DNA from: Eledone cirrhosa
Taxonomy: Eukaryota
Reading direction: 5' to 3'
Assembly: GCA_964016885.1 (NCBI GenBank)
Contig: OZ024746.1
Location: 44,082,001-44,146,000 of the forward strand
DNA length: 64,000 bases
The notes below the pieces were generated by a model. It worked only from the letters and a program-made list of their open reading frames with translations, was not told where the DNA came from and made no database searches. This document shows positions 1 to 12,915 of the stretch, one piece after another; positions within the stretch are counted from its first letter, which is position 1, and each line of letters begins with the position of its first letter. The position numbers and the translations under genes are program-made.

Positions 1-1569
1 GCAAATGATAAAAAGTTTCTCTGTATGAGAAATGTCACAGTATTTCAAACTACTCTTAAATGTTTACACCTTATCTAGTAATGTCCACTTAATGACAGTG
101 ATTATCTTATTCCTTGATCTCTAAATATATTTCAAAAGTGTTGTAGAGTTCTTTAGATGTTTGTAATAAAGTGGTCTAATGTACTAGGGCAAGTTACTAT
201 TTAAGGAATGCAGTGTGGGTCCTATATAGTCTGCTCACATTATTTATGGAGATGCCAATAGAATATATAAATACTTTGCCAAGGAAGCAAAGCTCCACAT
301 ATTGGCAAATTCAGATATATATTTTTAAAATCTCATTGAATTGAAATTTGCCTTCGTTTTGCAGGAAAAAAAGAAAGCAAAACCTAGTGGCAATTGTTAC
401 AGGAACTAAAAGGAAAAGGGAGATAATTACAAGAAATTAATATATTTTTATATATTAATATATTTTACAGAAAATTATCAGTTCCCATGCTCAGGAAAAA
501 AATGAGTATAATATTTCCCATCTCAGAGGTTCTGAAAAGCGTCATTGACACTGCCTGTTTTGACAAAGAATTAAAAAAGAAAAACTTCCATCCTTAGCCA
601 TCCTGAAGGCAACTGTTTGTCTTTAATATTTTGTCTATATTTTCTATTAATTATAGACTGACACTACATATTTTTGTACAAAGATATTTTAGATACAAAA
701 ACAAATGCCTAAATGTTTGCCTGTCTGCATTCATTAATTATGGTAGTATGTTTATGTCGCATAAAAAAATTCACTCAATTTCAGCATTCAAGATGTCATG
801 TAGAATAACAATATTTTTGATTTGAGAAATCAGAGTATAGGTAGTAAATTTAATTCTTTGAAAATGGAATATTGATTTTGATTTCAATAGAAATTTTGTA
901 AGGAGTCTAGAATATTCTCTTTATTTTGGAACATGAAAAATACTTTTTTATCATTGCTTCTATTTTCAACATTCTTTGTATCATTAAAATATGCATTCTG
1001 TATCTAATTCATTTTCAGGAAAAACTATTTTAAGAAATATGTATGGCTATAAGGGATACTATAAACAGAGTCTAATTGTAGCTGGTTTTCCTTTATTTGG
1101 AAATTGTCTTCAATCATTTTTGTAAATAAAACAAAATTCTATATTGTTGATTGTTTCAATATTTCTAATTAAATTTTCCAATAGCCGTACAGCCAAATTA
1201 ACACCTTTTATGATACATACTGTAGAGAATTCTAGTAGAAACATGCAATTTAAAAATATTAGAATAATGAGTCTACCAAGAGTTATTTCCCTTCCTTAAA
1301 TTTAGATTTTTATAATTTGAAACCCGAATTACACAAAATATTGTTTAATGTTTGTCCATTATTGTCAGAACATTATATATCACTTGTAATTTTATGACCT
1401 CGTGTCAGACCTGACATTTCCAGGAGAATTAATATTTTCCATTAAAGAAATTGACAAATAGTTTTATATCACAATTATTTGATTTTTATACTAAAGTCAT
1501 ACATAAACTTTGTACATGTTAAGAGTGGGGAACAACTCTGCTGAAACTGATAAGCAGCTTTTGGAAGTA

Positions 1570-2275
1570 AATCAATCTGAACTATCTTTCGCAAAATTTG
1601 ACATGGTAACTCACAGGTATGTCATTTGAAAATATAGCAAACCATTTGAAATATAAATTAGCAAAGGATGGTTCCATAGAAGCAGTTGAGAGCTTCTGTT
1701 ACCTGGGTGACCAAATTAGCAGTGGAGGTGAGTATTCCAAAAGTACAGTAGCCAGAGTGAGAACATGATGGAAAAAGTTCAAGGAACTACTACTGCTGCT
1801 AGCTACTAAATGTTTTTTTTTTCCTTGAAATGAAGGACAGAATGTATTGTGCAATGTATATGAACAGCAATGTTGCATGGTAGTAAGACCTACGAAGATT
1901 GGAAAGAAATGAAGTTAGCAGGCTCCAATGGATATGTGAATACATATGATCAGCAAAACGTAAGTAGACTGAAATAGAAACTGGGCTTAAAAAGGATCAG
2001 ACGCAGTGTTCAGGTAAGGAGACTGCGATGGTATGGACATGTGATGTGTATGAAGGATGACAGCTGTATAAAAAGATACAGGACGATCAAAGTTGATGGA
2101 AGCTATGGAATAGAAAGGCCTAGGAAGGCTTGAGATGAGGTGATAAAAGTTGACCATGCACAAGTGCACCTCTCAAAGACAATGACACAGGATCGAGATC
2201 TCTGGCATTATGCAGTAATGCAAAAGACCCACCTTCCCATGTGCATAGGTTGAAGCTTACATCTAGTATGCACCA
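1570..2275 (+). mobile_element. RTE-clade LINE, decayed 3' part of ORF (RT thumb/C-terminus)
   Basis: Manual translation gives GSIEAVESFCYLGDQISSGG..STVARVRT*WKKFKELL, followed by decayed RLRWYGHV-like and GRPRK.W-like motifs, with stops and frameshifts. This is a typical RTE/BovB-type C-terminal region. Confidence 0.85.
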
Positions 2276-2959
2276 TTTTCCCTTTCCCTTCTCTCATGCC
2301 CCTCTCACGTCATAACATACCATGTGCCTACAAGTATGTCTAAATTTCTTAACCAAACTTCTTAGGTTACAGAAATCCAAGTCTCAACTTCCTAATTCTT
2401 TGACAGCTTCAACTTAACCATTTGGCACTATATAACAGCTAATAACTACAGAGAAAATAAATACAGATTATATTATAAGTGAAGCAACACTTTATGTAAC
2501 TATAATCTGCTTTGTCTGATAAAAGATAAACTGAAACTTGTTATTCTGCTACTCATGCTATTTCACTGAAAACATACAGTATGACCCTATGATTTATTAC
2601 AAACCAAGATTACATTTTTTAACCCTTCCATTACCATATTTCTAATGAAGACCACTACTTCTGTGTTTTAAATAATTTAGAAAAGGTTGCTCCCTTCTGA
2701 ACCCTCTTTGGCATCTCAGGATACACATTCATCCCATGCCTCTCAGGCTCATTGCCAGTTTTGCGGCAATAAATGGAGACTGCAATATATTTTTAGAACA
2801 GGTCCCTCTACCTAAAGCCAGAACATGTCCTTTGTTAACCCACACAAAGGACGATGTGGTATGGGTCTTTTTTGTTCTACTCGCCGTATTGCTATCAATC
2901 ACCTACAACCTGTTCTCTAGCAGAACAGCTCTGCCAAGAAAAGAAAGAATCATTGAACA

Positions 2960-3130
2960 AACCCAGGGGTAAACGCCAAAATGGTTGGATAACATCCATG
3001 AGTTTGGCTGGTCATGCTAGGGGTTCTGGCCGCATCTGTTGGAGATGGTTGCTTCCGAAAGGACCTGCTGAAAGGAGTGTTTGAGGACTCTGCTCCAACA
3101 ACCCTCTCAGGAATAAGTGGAAGAAGAAGG
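2960..3130 (+). mobile_element. 3' end of a LINE (RTE-like), same family as 55310-55547
   Basis: Shares ttggataacatccatgag...gacctgctg.aagg...tgagga...aataagtgg...gaagaag with 55398-55545. It has a PRG..WLDNIHE-like motif and a (GAA)n tail. Confidence 0.6.
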
Positions 3131-3612
3131 AAAAAAAAAGGAAAAGAAGAATGGTGATGATTTTTTTGATTTGTTACATAGGTGATGGATGAGCAGACAT
3201 TACAAACATGAATTACAATAACGATCGGGGTTTATGCAAAAGGGATTGTGAAAAAATAAATGCACGACCAACTACAATATATAAAGATGTATCAGTATTA
3301 AGACACGCACCTAGAAATAATCAAGAAAACCCACAGGTCCAAGATTACCTTAACTATCAAGGGTTAATGATCTTCATTCTACAGTTGCATACTCTGAGTA
3401 TGGCCAGTCACTCATGTTACTCTCACAACTATCACCTACTGTACAGCAAATTTAGTGGAAGTCAACACCTCCCACTCTACTCTCATTTAACTCCTACATC
3501 TGGATCTTGATGAAGTTGATGATTTAGTGAGAGGAAAATGTCTTTCCTCAGTCCTTTTAATCTGGAAATTCTTAGGATGGATTTAGCTAAGCTGGATGAG
3601 AAAATGGAGTAT

Positions 3613-3950
3613 GGATGGAGGAAGAAGAGAAGGCAGGAGTGGAAAAGGATGAAAAGGAGGAAGAAGAAGAAAAGGATGAAAAGGAAGAAGGATGAAAAGG
3701 AAGAGGAAGAAGAAAAGGATGAAAAGGAAGAGGAATAAGAAGAAAAGGATGAAAAGGAAGAGGAATAAGAAGAAAAGGATGAAAAGGAAGAGGAAGAAGA
3801 AAAGGAAGAAGAAAGGGATGAAAGGGAAGAGGAAGAGGAAGAAGAAAGGGATGAAAGGGAAGAGGAAGTGGAAAAGGAAGAGGGAGGAGGGAGTGATGAT
3901 GATGATGATGATGATAATAATGATGATGAAGGAGAAGGAGGAGAATGAAT
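3613..3950. repeat. Polypurine (GAA/GGA) low-complexity tract with ~30-bp tandem units, ending in (GAT)n
   Basis: Visible units such as gaaaaggatgaaaaggaagaggaataagaa. The tract explains the K/R/E-rich ORFs at 3538 and 3692. Confidence 0.95.
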
Positions 3951-4839
3951 CAGAAAAAAAGTTTAATATCTCAATAGCTGAGTTCTTGCAGCAGAATCAA
4001 TAAAAACCAACTGCAGAAGTGTGAAAGTTGGAGTGTGTATATGATTGAATGAAGCAACTATACTAGACTGTTATACAAAACCAATAGAGATAGGCAATAC
4101 ATTCTAAACAAATATATGGCCCTAATGCTGATAGAGTATGCCTTGGTGGAAATAGAGCAACAACGACTAAGTGTGAAGTGATTAGACAAGACAAAAGAAC
4201 ATTGAATCTCTTAGATGAGATAAATAATATTGAGAATAAGAAAATGATGTATTGTGTTCTATATATGTCCAATTCATGCTAGTATTGGAAAATGGCCAAT
4301 AAACAATGATGATGAAAATGAGGAAGCTAAGCATGTTAATGTAATAAAAAGAAATATAAACAGATAGCCAAGCTCTTAAGTTAAGGTTTTGTGGTAAACA
4401 TACAAATTTGTACTTGTCTAACAAATATCAATGTAAAAGATCTAAGAAAACTTGAATATACAGACTAACACATTTACACAGCACAAATAACAATATTAGC
4501 AATAATTGAAACAATAACACTAAGTGTTGAAGAGAATTGAGCTAAAAGGATATGGAATTACAACAAAGTAAAACAATTGAATTTACAATTGGTATAAATG
4601 TTATGATGTATAATCATGTCAGTAAATATAATGAACAATCCTCAATAAATAAATAGACATATAGCAACAATATATAGCAATAAACTTTCTGTAAATGTTA
4701 GGAGCTGTATTTCTAATGCTTGCAAACAGTTAAAGCAATGATACATCATTTAATAAAGCTACAACTAACAGAGTCAGTAGAGAATTGAACAACAGAGAGA
4801 CTTAATTGTCACAGGCTCAATCAAGTTGGGTGTAAAAAG

Positions 4840-5575
4840 GTTGTGCAATCCATTCTCCACCAGGTGCAGGTGACTCCGAAAAAGGATGTCCTCATCCTTG
4901 GGTCGCTGAATCTCCTGCCGGCCATCCACTCCACCATCAGATCCAGGCTCCAGCAGCTCATGACCCTCATGAACAGACTGGGCATGATTGATGCCCATCC
5001 AGCCCCCTCTTCTTGTTGAGGAACTGCTATGCTATGCAGAAGCTCCCCTACACATTTCATAATACTCCTTGTTAAGCTATGCATCTCTCGTAAGTGACCT
5101 TGATATTTGTATCCAAGTGGCAGCTGAGGAGATATGCAAAGTCAGGTTTGACGACTTTGGATGGCAACAGGCCACCTTACCTGTTAGAAACAGTGGCCTT
5201 GGTTCTCAGTCTCGCTGGCTTTGTCAGCGTTTCTTTCACCGGGAACCTCTTGTCATGTTCTCATCAACAGGGTTTTCCACAACACAACAGAACCCACTGT
5301 GATCGAGGAATGCAAGGCTGCCTGCGAGACTGGGGACCAGCTCGGACTCCACCCAGTAGACATCCCTCCTCCTCTTCCCCCTGTAAACATCGAATCCTCC
5401 TAGAGCATGTGGGATGCCATCCAATGTAGCATAGCTTCGGACAGGCTAGCACGCCAGATCAACCAGCACTCCCTTGCAAACCCACAGCAGTGCTTGGCTC
5501 AATGCCTTACCCTCTTTTTCAACTGGCATGCAGCTGGATAATGATAGCCTGTAAATTGGGATTTCCCTGAGGCAT
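4840..5575 (+). mobile_element. CRE-clade non-LTR retrotransposon fragment (post-RT region), decayed
   Basis: Frames give LILGS...RLGMIDAHPA / LFLLRNCYAMQKLPYT / DDFGWQQATLPVRNSGLG / LALSAFLS / HSSAWLNALPSFSTGMQLDNDSL*IGISLR. These match CRE signatures W.QA.LP...GGLG and SGAWL.ALP...G..L in the correct order. The segment is clearly more GC-rich than its flanks. Confidence 0.8.
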
Positions 5576-5649
5576 GACCTCCAGATCTGCGAGCTACACA
5601 AATTCGCTGCGAATCCATCCGCTGTCCTCTCGCTACATACAAAAGTATT

Positions 5650-6108
5650 ACTGTATGATGCCTCTGTACAAAATGTGATGTTGCATTGTAGTGAACCATG
5701 GGCATTTACAGCAGAAGGCATGCAGACACTGAAGAGAAATGAAGCAGCTACTTTTTTGTGGGATGTGCAATGTAAGTGTAAGTGATAAGCTTCGACGAAC
5801 TGAGGGAGAAGCTGGGTTTAAGAGGAATCTGAGGTGGTATGCATGAGAGAAGGCTGCATTGATACAGACATGTAATGTGATGGATGATAATCAATGGGTC
5901 TAGAAGTGCCAAGAAATCCCAGTAGAAGGAAGCCACAATTAAGATTGACCGAGAAAGACCTGGGCAGAGCTGATGAGGACTGAACTCAAATCACTGTGAC
6001 TCAGGATGACAAAGGAATGTGGCTAGTGAAGAGATGCTGTGCTGAGACGGACCCATCCAACACATGCAAGTGTGGAAAAAGCGACGTAAAAACAACGATG
6101 ACGGTGAC
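5650..6108 (+). mobile_element. RTE LINE 3' fragment with tail
   Basis: Translates to LYDASVQNVMLHCSEPW..RNEA, then a decayed RPRKTW-like motif, and ends ccaacacatgcaagtgtggaaaaagcgacgtaaaaacaacgatgac (RTE-type 3' tail). Confidence 0.8.
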
Positions 6109-8036
6109 AAACCTGTGACTGCACAGGTGAAACTCCAGAGAAACAAGACTCACTACTTAACTATAATAAATGAATATTTGAAGTCTATGCTTTTGAGTAC
6201 TTTTTCTCTCATCCAGCAACAACAAATGGATATATATATAGTTTTGTGTGAGAAAGCAATTACATATTAATTCTCATAAAAATATAATTTGAGGTTGAAA
6301 GATAAGATGTATTTAGAAACATTATAATTTAGACTTGTCTGAATAAATGAGAATGTCATTGAGGACAATGTGACTCACAGCAATGTGGGTACACTTGAAC
6401 TCCATGAAACTATAAATGTCATTACAAGACATTGATAAACAACAAATTTGACTAGAAGTTCAGCATACGGTAATGACCAGAAAGGAACTGACAGAAATAT
6501 GTATAGCATGAGGTATTCCAGTAGCAGATACTCAGATATTGGATGACTTAGCTTGAGCTTGTGCCATAGCTTTCATTCATTTAATTAATAAGGATGTGCA
6601 AGAAAGTGTCATTCTCAATCACTAATATAAAAAGACAGCTGTCAACAACTACAAAGGCTACACCTGAAAGCAAAATATATATGTTAAGCTGTTAGTTGAA
6701 TGAATTGCAGTTTGGCTGTGTCAAGATCTCAGTTCAAAATTAAGATAAACAGTTGGCAAACATAGTGATCCCTGTTTAATTTGGTGATAAAGAAAAGGTG
6801 GTCAACACAGTTTAAAATTTTGAGCAATATTGACTCAAACATGTGGCCTATGGCAGTACAATTTTCCTGAGATATAATTGTTTCTACATAATGTCCTCAA
6901 ACATGGTTACTTGTCCTCATTTTAATAATATAGAACAATTTGTTTTTTTATGCAAGAATCTGGTTGTAGTGGTGAATCAAGCAACAAATGATACAATGCT
7001 TGGACATAGATGAAAACGAAAAAAAATTAATTCAGTTGTCCACTTGCCATTGAAAAGGCTTGAGCTCAGCCATTGGGCACTAACTTTTAATTTCCCAAGT
7101 ATCAAGTACTTCCAGGAATCAAACTGACAACCTCAAAGAACAAGACACGTATAACGGTGATGATGATGATGATGATGATGATATATATATATATAACATG
7201 CGTACGAGTATGTGTGTATGTGATATAAAATGCCAAGTCACATGTCTTGTTCTTTGTTGCATCTGGTTTCAAATATGGCTAGGGATGGGAATCAGTTGAT
7301 AAATGAGGCATTATATTTGGTACAAAGGCAGATGAATGAAGAGACAAATAAAGCTCTTTCAGTTGAATGTAGTCAGCATAAAGAGAAAGTGTAGTTGGAA
7401 TATTTATCAGACACAATGAGGAGAGAAGGTGAGATAGGAAGGAGTAGGGTGAGAGAATACTGTTTAATACACATTAGCCAATATAATTAAATTATGTACC
7501 AATAAGCGCCAGCAGCACAAAATTTGAACTTCTCAAAAGAGAATCATGCTGACATCCTATTGCTTTCATTCTTGCTATATTATATTATATTAAAAAAATT
7601 GAAGTTTATGATTAAAAATGTTTTTTTTAAAGTTATATCTCATACATCATCAGGATCATCAGCATCGTTTAACAACTGTTTTCCCAGTTAGCAAGGGTTG
7701 AACATATCAATGACCAGTACTCATGTAGAGCCTCTGATCTCCAGATGGACCAGGGACTAGTTATACAATCCCACACTATCAAGTACATTTTGTTGTGGCA
7801 CCATCTCTAAGAAGGTTCTCATATCTTTGACACAGTTGAAGAGCCTTTCCATCCATTTGTTTGGTTAGTTTTCTATGGCTTGATGCTTTTATCACTAACT
7901 ATTTTACAAAATTTAATGAGTACATTTATCATGTGAATAACCAACACAATCATCTATTTTCTATGCTTGCAAAAGACAAATGGTGATGATGATAGACTCT
8001 GTAATTCTGCGTTTCTCTTTATTAACCTCAAATTAT

Positions 8037-8380
8037 ATCATCATTTCATCATTTCATTTTACGTCCGCTTTTCTCTGCATGCAAGGGTGGGACGGGAACT
8101 GATGCTGGCTTGATTTCTACAGCTGGATGCCCTTCCTAACACCAACCTCATTTACAGTGAGTGCTGGGTGCTTCTTTGCCGTGGCACCTCCACGACCACT
8201 TTGCAGTGGAATGATACGGACCCCAGTCCCTATCATCTCATTTCTACAGCTGAGTAAACTGGAGCAATGTGAAATAAAGTGTCTTGCTCAAGGAAACAAC
8301 ACATCACCCGGTCTGAGAATTGAACTCACAACCTTTCGATTGCAAGGCCAATGCTCTAACCACTAAGCCATGTGCCTCCA
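8037..8380 (-). mobile_element. Full-length tRNA-derived CORE-SINE with RTE-type 3' tail
   Basis: The reverse strand reads TGGAGGCACATGGCTTAGTGGTTAGAGC (A box), GAGTTCAATTC (B box), CCTTGAGCAAGACACTT...CTCAGCTGTAGAAATGAG (CORE-like), GGAAGGGCATCCAGC, then GGACGTAAAATGAAATGATG. It is near-identical to 25707-26005. Confidence 0.9.
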
Positions 8381-8469
8381 TTATATATATATACATATGA
8401 GATCATCTGGTAGCCAAAACTCAACAGAAACCTAATATCGAGGGAGATTGGGGCTCGATAATGTTGCAC

Positions 8470-8790
8470 TCCTAGTACCAGTGTAGTGGGTTGATTTTAA
8501 TTTTAATTTCATTTAATTTGATAATTGATTTTTGTGTGGTGCATTTTTTGGATAGTTTAGATTTGCTTTATTTCTTTGTTGGGTAGGGTTGTGTAAGGAA
8601 TGATTATATACATATTGTATCATGACTTTGACACTGTACGGATTAAGATCCCCAATGTAAAGTCTCTATTATGAAAAGTATACTGATGTGGTTTTAATTT
8701 TTATTTGATTTAACCAGGTAATTATATTTTGTGTGATTTATTCTGGCTTGTTGTATGTGGTTGAGTAGGGTTGTAGGGTTCTATTAGAAA
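8470..8790 (-). mobile_element. Possible Penelope-like element 3' remnant (GIY-YIG C-terminus)
   Basis: Weak, frameshifted resemblance to the PLE endonuclease end (LNKR.EL..KC.H). It lies next to a (TA)n tract. Confidence 0.3.
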
Positions 8791-9419
8791 AATTATATCA
8801 TGCAATATTTTATTGTGCAGCCTGGACTCAATATGATGCCATTCTTCCCTTATGCCCAACATTATATTGTCCAGTGGGCAACCAAAGAAGAAGATAGATG
8901 CTTTTGTTCATTCAGTCCACATGCATCTTTTTCCATTGCAATTTTATTATTAATTACTACTGTAATGCTATGCACTCCATCTTTGATTAACCAACTGTTT
9001 ACTTACAAGCTGTATATCTTTCTTTCTTCCTGTCTCATCTACTTACTAAACAGACATGAAAATACATATTCATTGACCCATTTTGTGGCTGTTCAAATGC
9101 ACCTTGATGGCTGGTTACCATAAGAACTAATGTTTGTAAGCTCCCCTGATCTAGTGAATACCTCCTTTTCAAATATACAAAAGTTTAAGACAAATTGAAC
9201 AAATGAGAAATGACACAAAGCACTTCACTGGCAGTAGTTGCTTGTTGATCATAACCAATTAATTAATGGTGCATCCAGCTATGTTTAAGAACTGCTTGGT
9301 TGCCACTTGTTGGCCACAGTAACTTTTTTTTCTTCAGATACAGAAAGCAAATACCAACCTATACACAGAGAATAATTACTGATCAGAGAAACATCAGTCC
9401 ATCAGAACCGTTATCTTCC

Positions 9420-11540
9420 TGTCTAGGACTACTACTATTAATATTGGTACAATGAAAGGTAGGATAAGAGAAATTGTGGAAAATTGTAAGGTGAAAGGGA
9501 GTGTGCTGTATTCAAGAGATAAAATGTAAAGTGACAAAAGCCTCACCGAGTCTCCTATTGGGCAAGGAGTAAAGATATAAATTTTTCTGATTGGATACCT
9601 GTGATAGTGTGGAAGAGATTTGGTGTATTGCTAATTAAGATAGTCAGAATATGTAATTGAATAGTTCAATTTAAGCTAGTCTTAACTAAAGCAACAGCAT
9701 TTTCTCTGTATACACAATACAAGCAGAGATCACAGGTGAGCTGTGAAACTGTTTTTGTGAGGCCACATAATGCAGAGTATCTTCATACAAATGCTATTGA
9801 TCTCAGTATCATGGACAACAAATATCATGATGATTATTCTGGTGTACATAGAAACTATGGCCATAGAACAAAGAAGGGGGAAAGATCAAGACAGCAGAAT
9901 TTCTGCAACATATATGATTTCCAATATAAACTTCGTGTGAATGCAAAAGACAGATATCATTTATACTCAGCAGGAATCTGAATAGACAAATGGTTGTAAA
10001 TACCAAGCTTTTCTTTGTGAAAAATGTACAAGCCAACAAAGATTAATGAGTGGCTTTAGAATAACAATTAATTGGACTCAGAAACAAAATACCATTTAAA
10101 AAAGAAAAAGGTTTGATCACAAATTCAGAGAAGTTACAGCTAACACTAATGACCAAAAGTTAGAGGAAACAGATACAATAGAAGAAAATTGAGTTCTTCT
10201 GAGACACATTGCTGAACAGTACAAAGCAGGGCTTTGGTTGGTACAATTTCCAAACAATACAAAAGGCGACTGTATATAGGGCCATAGATCTTAAGAGAGA
10301 GGTCTGGAAAAACTGGATGTGGGGTGACAACAGGAACAAAACCAAGTAGCTAGAAGAGAAGCTAAGTACATAAGCAGAAATCTGCAGTATGATATGTTAT
10401 AGGTTGCAAAGTAGTTTACTGGAGAAAATTGAGATGACACTTGATGAAGTGTGCCTGGAATGATAACAATACTTGTCCTTACTAATGCTGAAAAGGAAAA
10501 AAATATATAAAAGTGCTGTTATGAAAGATTATTGATTGAGAAGAATGCATACAAATCTACTTCACATAGATCTAACAGAGAGAGCAGATATCTCAGTGTA
10601 TAGTAGTACATAAGATAAAGCTAGGAGTATATAAAGGTATAAAAAGGCAGCTGGGCCATCAGCTATACCCACTGAAATGCTGAAAATATTGGCATAGTAG
10701 ATCATGCATAAATCTTGCTGATAGTCAATAAGGTACTACAGCATAGTGTCATATCTAATGACTGCTGTATCACCATCATCATCAACTGCTACAAGGGAAA
10801 AGGAGGATGCTAGACAGCGAAACTATAGTGTCAAGGTGATAGACTAGGTTGGGAAAATTACTGAGAGATTTATATCACAACTATTTAGGAACAAAACTAG
10901 TCTATATGAGGTTCAGAGCAGCTTAATGCTAGGAAGAAGGATGCGCTCTTCCTAGTCAGACAACTGCATAAGAGATACTTAGCTAATAGTAAGCCTCTAT
11001 ATCTAGCATTTGTTGATATCAGGAAGGCCTTTGATAGGGTTCCATGCTCTGTAATCTGGTGCTTACAATGTAAAATATGAGTAGATAAATGGCTTGTAAG
11101 GACTGTATATCCAAAAGTGAAATCAGCAATGTCAAGAAAATTAGTTATGAGCATAGTAATGAATTTAGTATGCAGTTACGAATCCATCAGGACTCGGCTT
11201 TTAGCCTTTTTCTGTTCATTATAGTGCTCTAAGCACTAAAAGAGAATTCCTATAAGTATAGTCTAGTTCTAATAAATTTAGAGAATAAATTGAAGGCATG
11301 GAAATAAAACCTAGAATCAAGAAGTTTAAAAATAAATTTAGAAAAGACTAAACTTTCAATAGATAGAAAAGAAGAGACGACCCTGATACAATTGTGTTTT
11401 TGGTTAATATGCAGATAGATATGTAAATAGCAATTATTTATGGTACATCTAGTGAAAACAAGTGATGCATAAGCAGCGAAGTGGGGTTACAGGTAGGCTA
11501 TAATAGAAAATAGACCTTTTATACAACAGATACACATATG
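9420..11540 (+). mobile_element. RTE LINE, long decayed copy (APE endonuclease + RT)
   Basis: Starts TINIGTMKGR.REIVE (APE start) and contains GVHRNYGHR...NFC. RT motifs include KAAGPSAIPTEMLK, NCYKGK, FLVRQLHKRYLANSKPLYLAFVDIRKAFDRVP and IHQDSAFSLFLFIIVL. Many stops. Confidence 0.9.
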
Positions 11541-12116
11541 TTGCAAGCACTAATAACATGTGATAGAGAGAAATTGAAATAATATAAGGGTATATTAGTG
11601 AACTTGACATATTACAAGCCATGATTTTCAACGACATTATCTCAGTTGTAATAAATTGTTTTATGTCTCTATGGGTGCTTTTGATGTGGCCAAATTTAGT
11701 ATGACTGTTAGATGTTTGATTCTTTGCATAAAAATTCCCTAATCTACATGGAGAAATTTATGGGGATGGCAGGTTGGTTTCATCTCTAATATGAAGGGAC
11801 ATGATGTGGATAGGTTTCACAAATATTTAATCATGTTCTTCCATTTTATGGCTTTAAAGATTATGGTGGAATCAAAACATAGTATAGCTAATGTTTTAGA
11901 TGTCCCTTTGGATTTAGTGAGTGTTAAATTTAGCTCTTATTCGTAACCAAATGAAAAGTTATATATCAACAGTCACTATAACATTTCTTCAAGCATTCTC
12001 TGGAATTTGCTTAAAGTAAGCAAATTTCTTTCTTATCAGCAAATGAAGTTACTTTTAATATGGCTTCATCTTAAAGATTAGGATTAAAACAGGAAATTCC
12101 ATGGTTTAACCCAATA

Positions 12117-12915
12117 TCTGTATATATATAAAATTAAGTATGTGTGTGTGTATGTCTGTGTATTACCTATAGGGGCCAACATCTTACGAGTGATTTTCCT
12201 GAAACTTTACAGGCTCATAGATTAGTCATCGCGGAGTGTTTTCTATATATCAGGGTATGGTTTTTTTATTCTGCGGCCATTCTGCAGATAAAAATCGATA
12301 GGGGGGAGGGGGCACCTTTTTTAAGGTATCGAAAAATAAGATTTTTGGCTCTAGCTCCGACATTTTGCCACCGATTTCGTTCAAATTTTAAAGCAAAATA
12401 GAATTTATCATTGCACATCCTGTAATGGCTTTATATTTTGCATTTGTTCAGGGACGGCCGTGGCAGATGCTTAAATATTAAAAACTACCCTTTTAGACTC
12501 AAATTTCCACTTTTTCGGCTCTAGCTCCCACATTAATCAACCTACTTTGTTCAAATTTTACACTACGCTAGATCTAATTATTTCACGTCTTAAAGTGGCT
12601 TTACATTTTGGATTTTTTGTTCAGGAACGGCGTGGCAGTCACTTAAATATTCGAAAATACCACCTTTTCGCTCAAATTTCTGCCTTTTCGGCTTTAGCTC
12701 CCACTTTCCGCCTTCAAATTCGAAACTCCCTCCCCCAGTATGCCCCTTCATCAGTCACCCGTGTTTCTCAGTGATAGAGGTCATCACAACCCTCCCCCGC
12801 ATGGCCTGTGTGTGGCCATAGATGAGTCATCGAGAAGCAGTCGCTAAGATCAACACCTTTTCATCAAAGCAGATATTATTTTACCTACCCAGGCAACGCT
12901 GGGTACTGCTGCTAG
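12117..12915 (+). mobile_element. Non-autonomous Helitron (799 bp)
   Basis: 5' TC at 12117 follows A. 3' CTAG at 12912-12915 precedes T. A subterminal hairpin tacccag-gcaacg-ctgggta sits at 12886-12905. There is no TSD, and excision restores the host PLE frame. Confidence 0.92.

Noticed and set aside
471-548. Possible terminal coding exon (tttacag|KIISSHAQEKNEYNISHLRGSEKRH*)
   Set aside because: It has only an acceptor-like site and a short frame, with no homology or upstream exon visible.
2618-3367. piggyBac-like element bounded by ttaaccctt / aagggttaa
   Set aside because: The terminal match is only ~9 bp and the interior is a mix of unrelated repeats.
3538-4003. Protamine-like K/R-rich ORFs
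   Set aside because: They are translations of a polypurine simple repeat.
8305-8380. tRNA gene (A and B boxes, cloverleaf-like)
   Set aside because: It continues directly into CORE and an RTE tail and is multicopy, so it is a SINE head.
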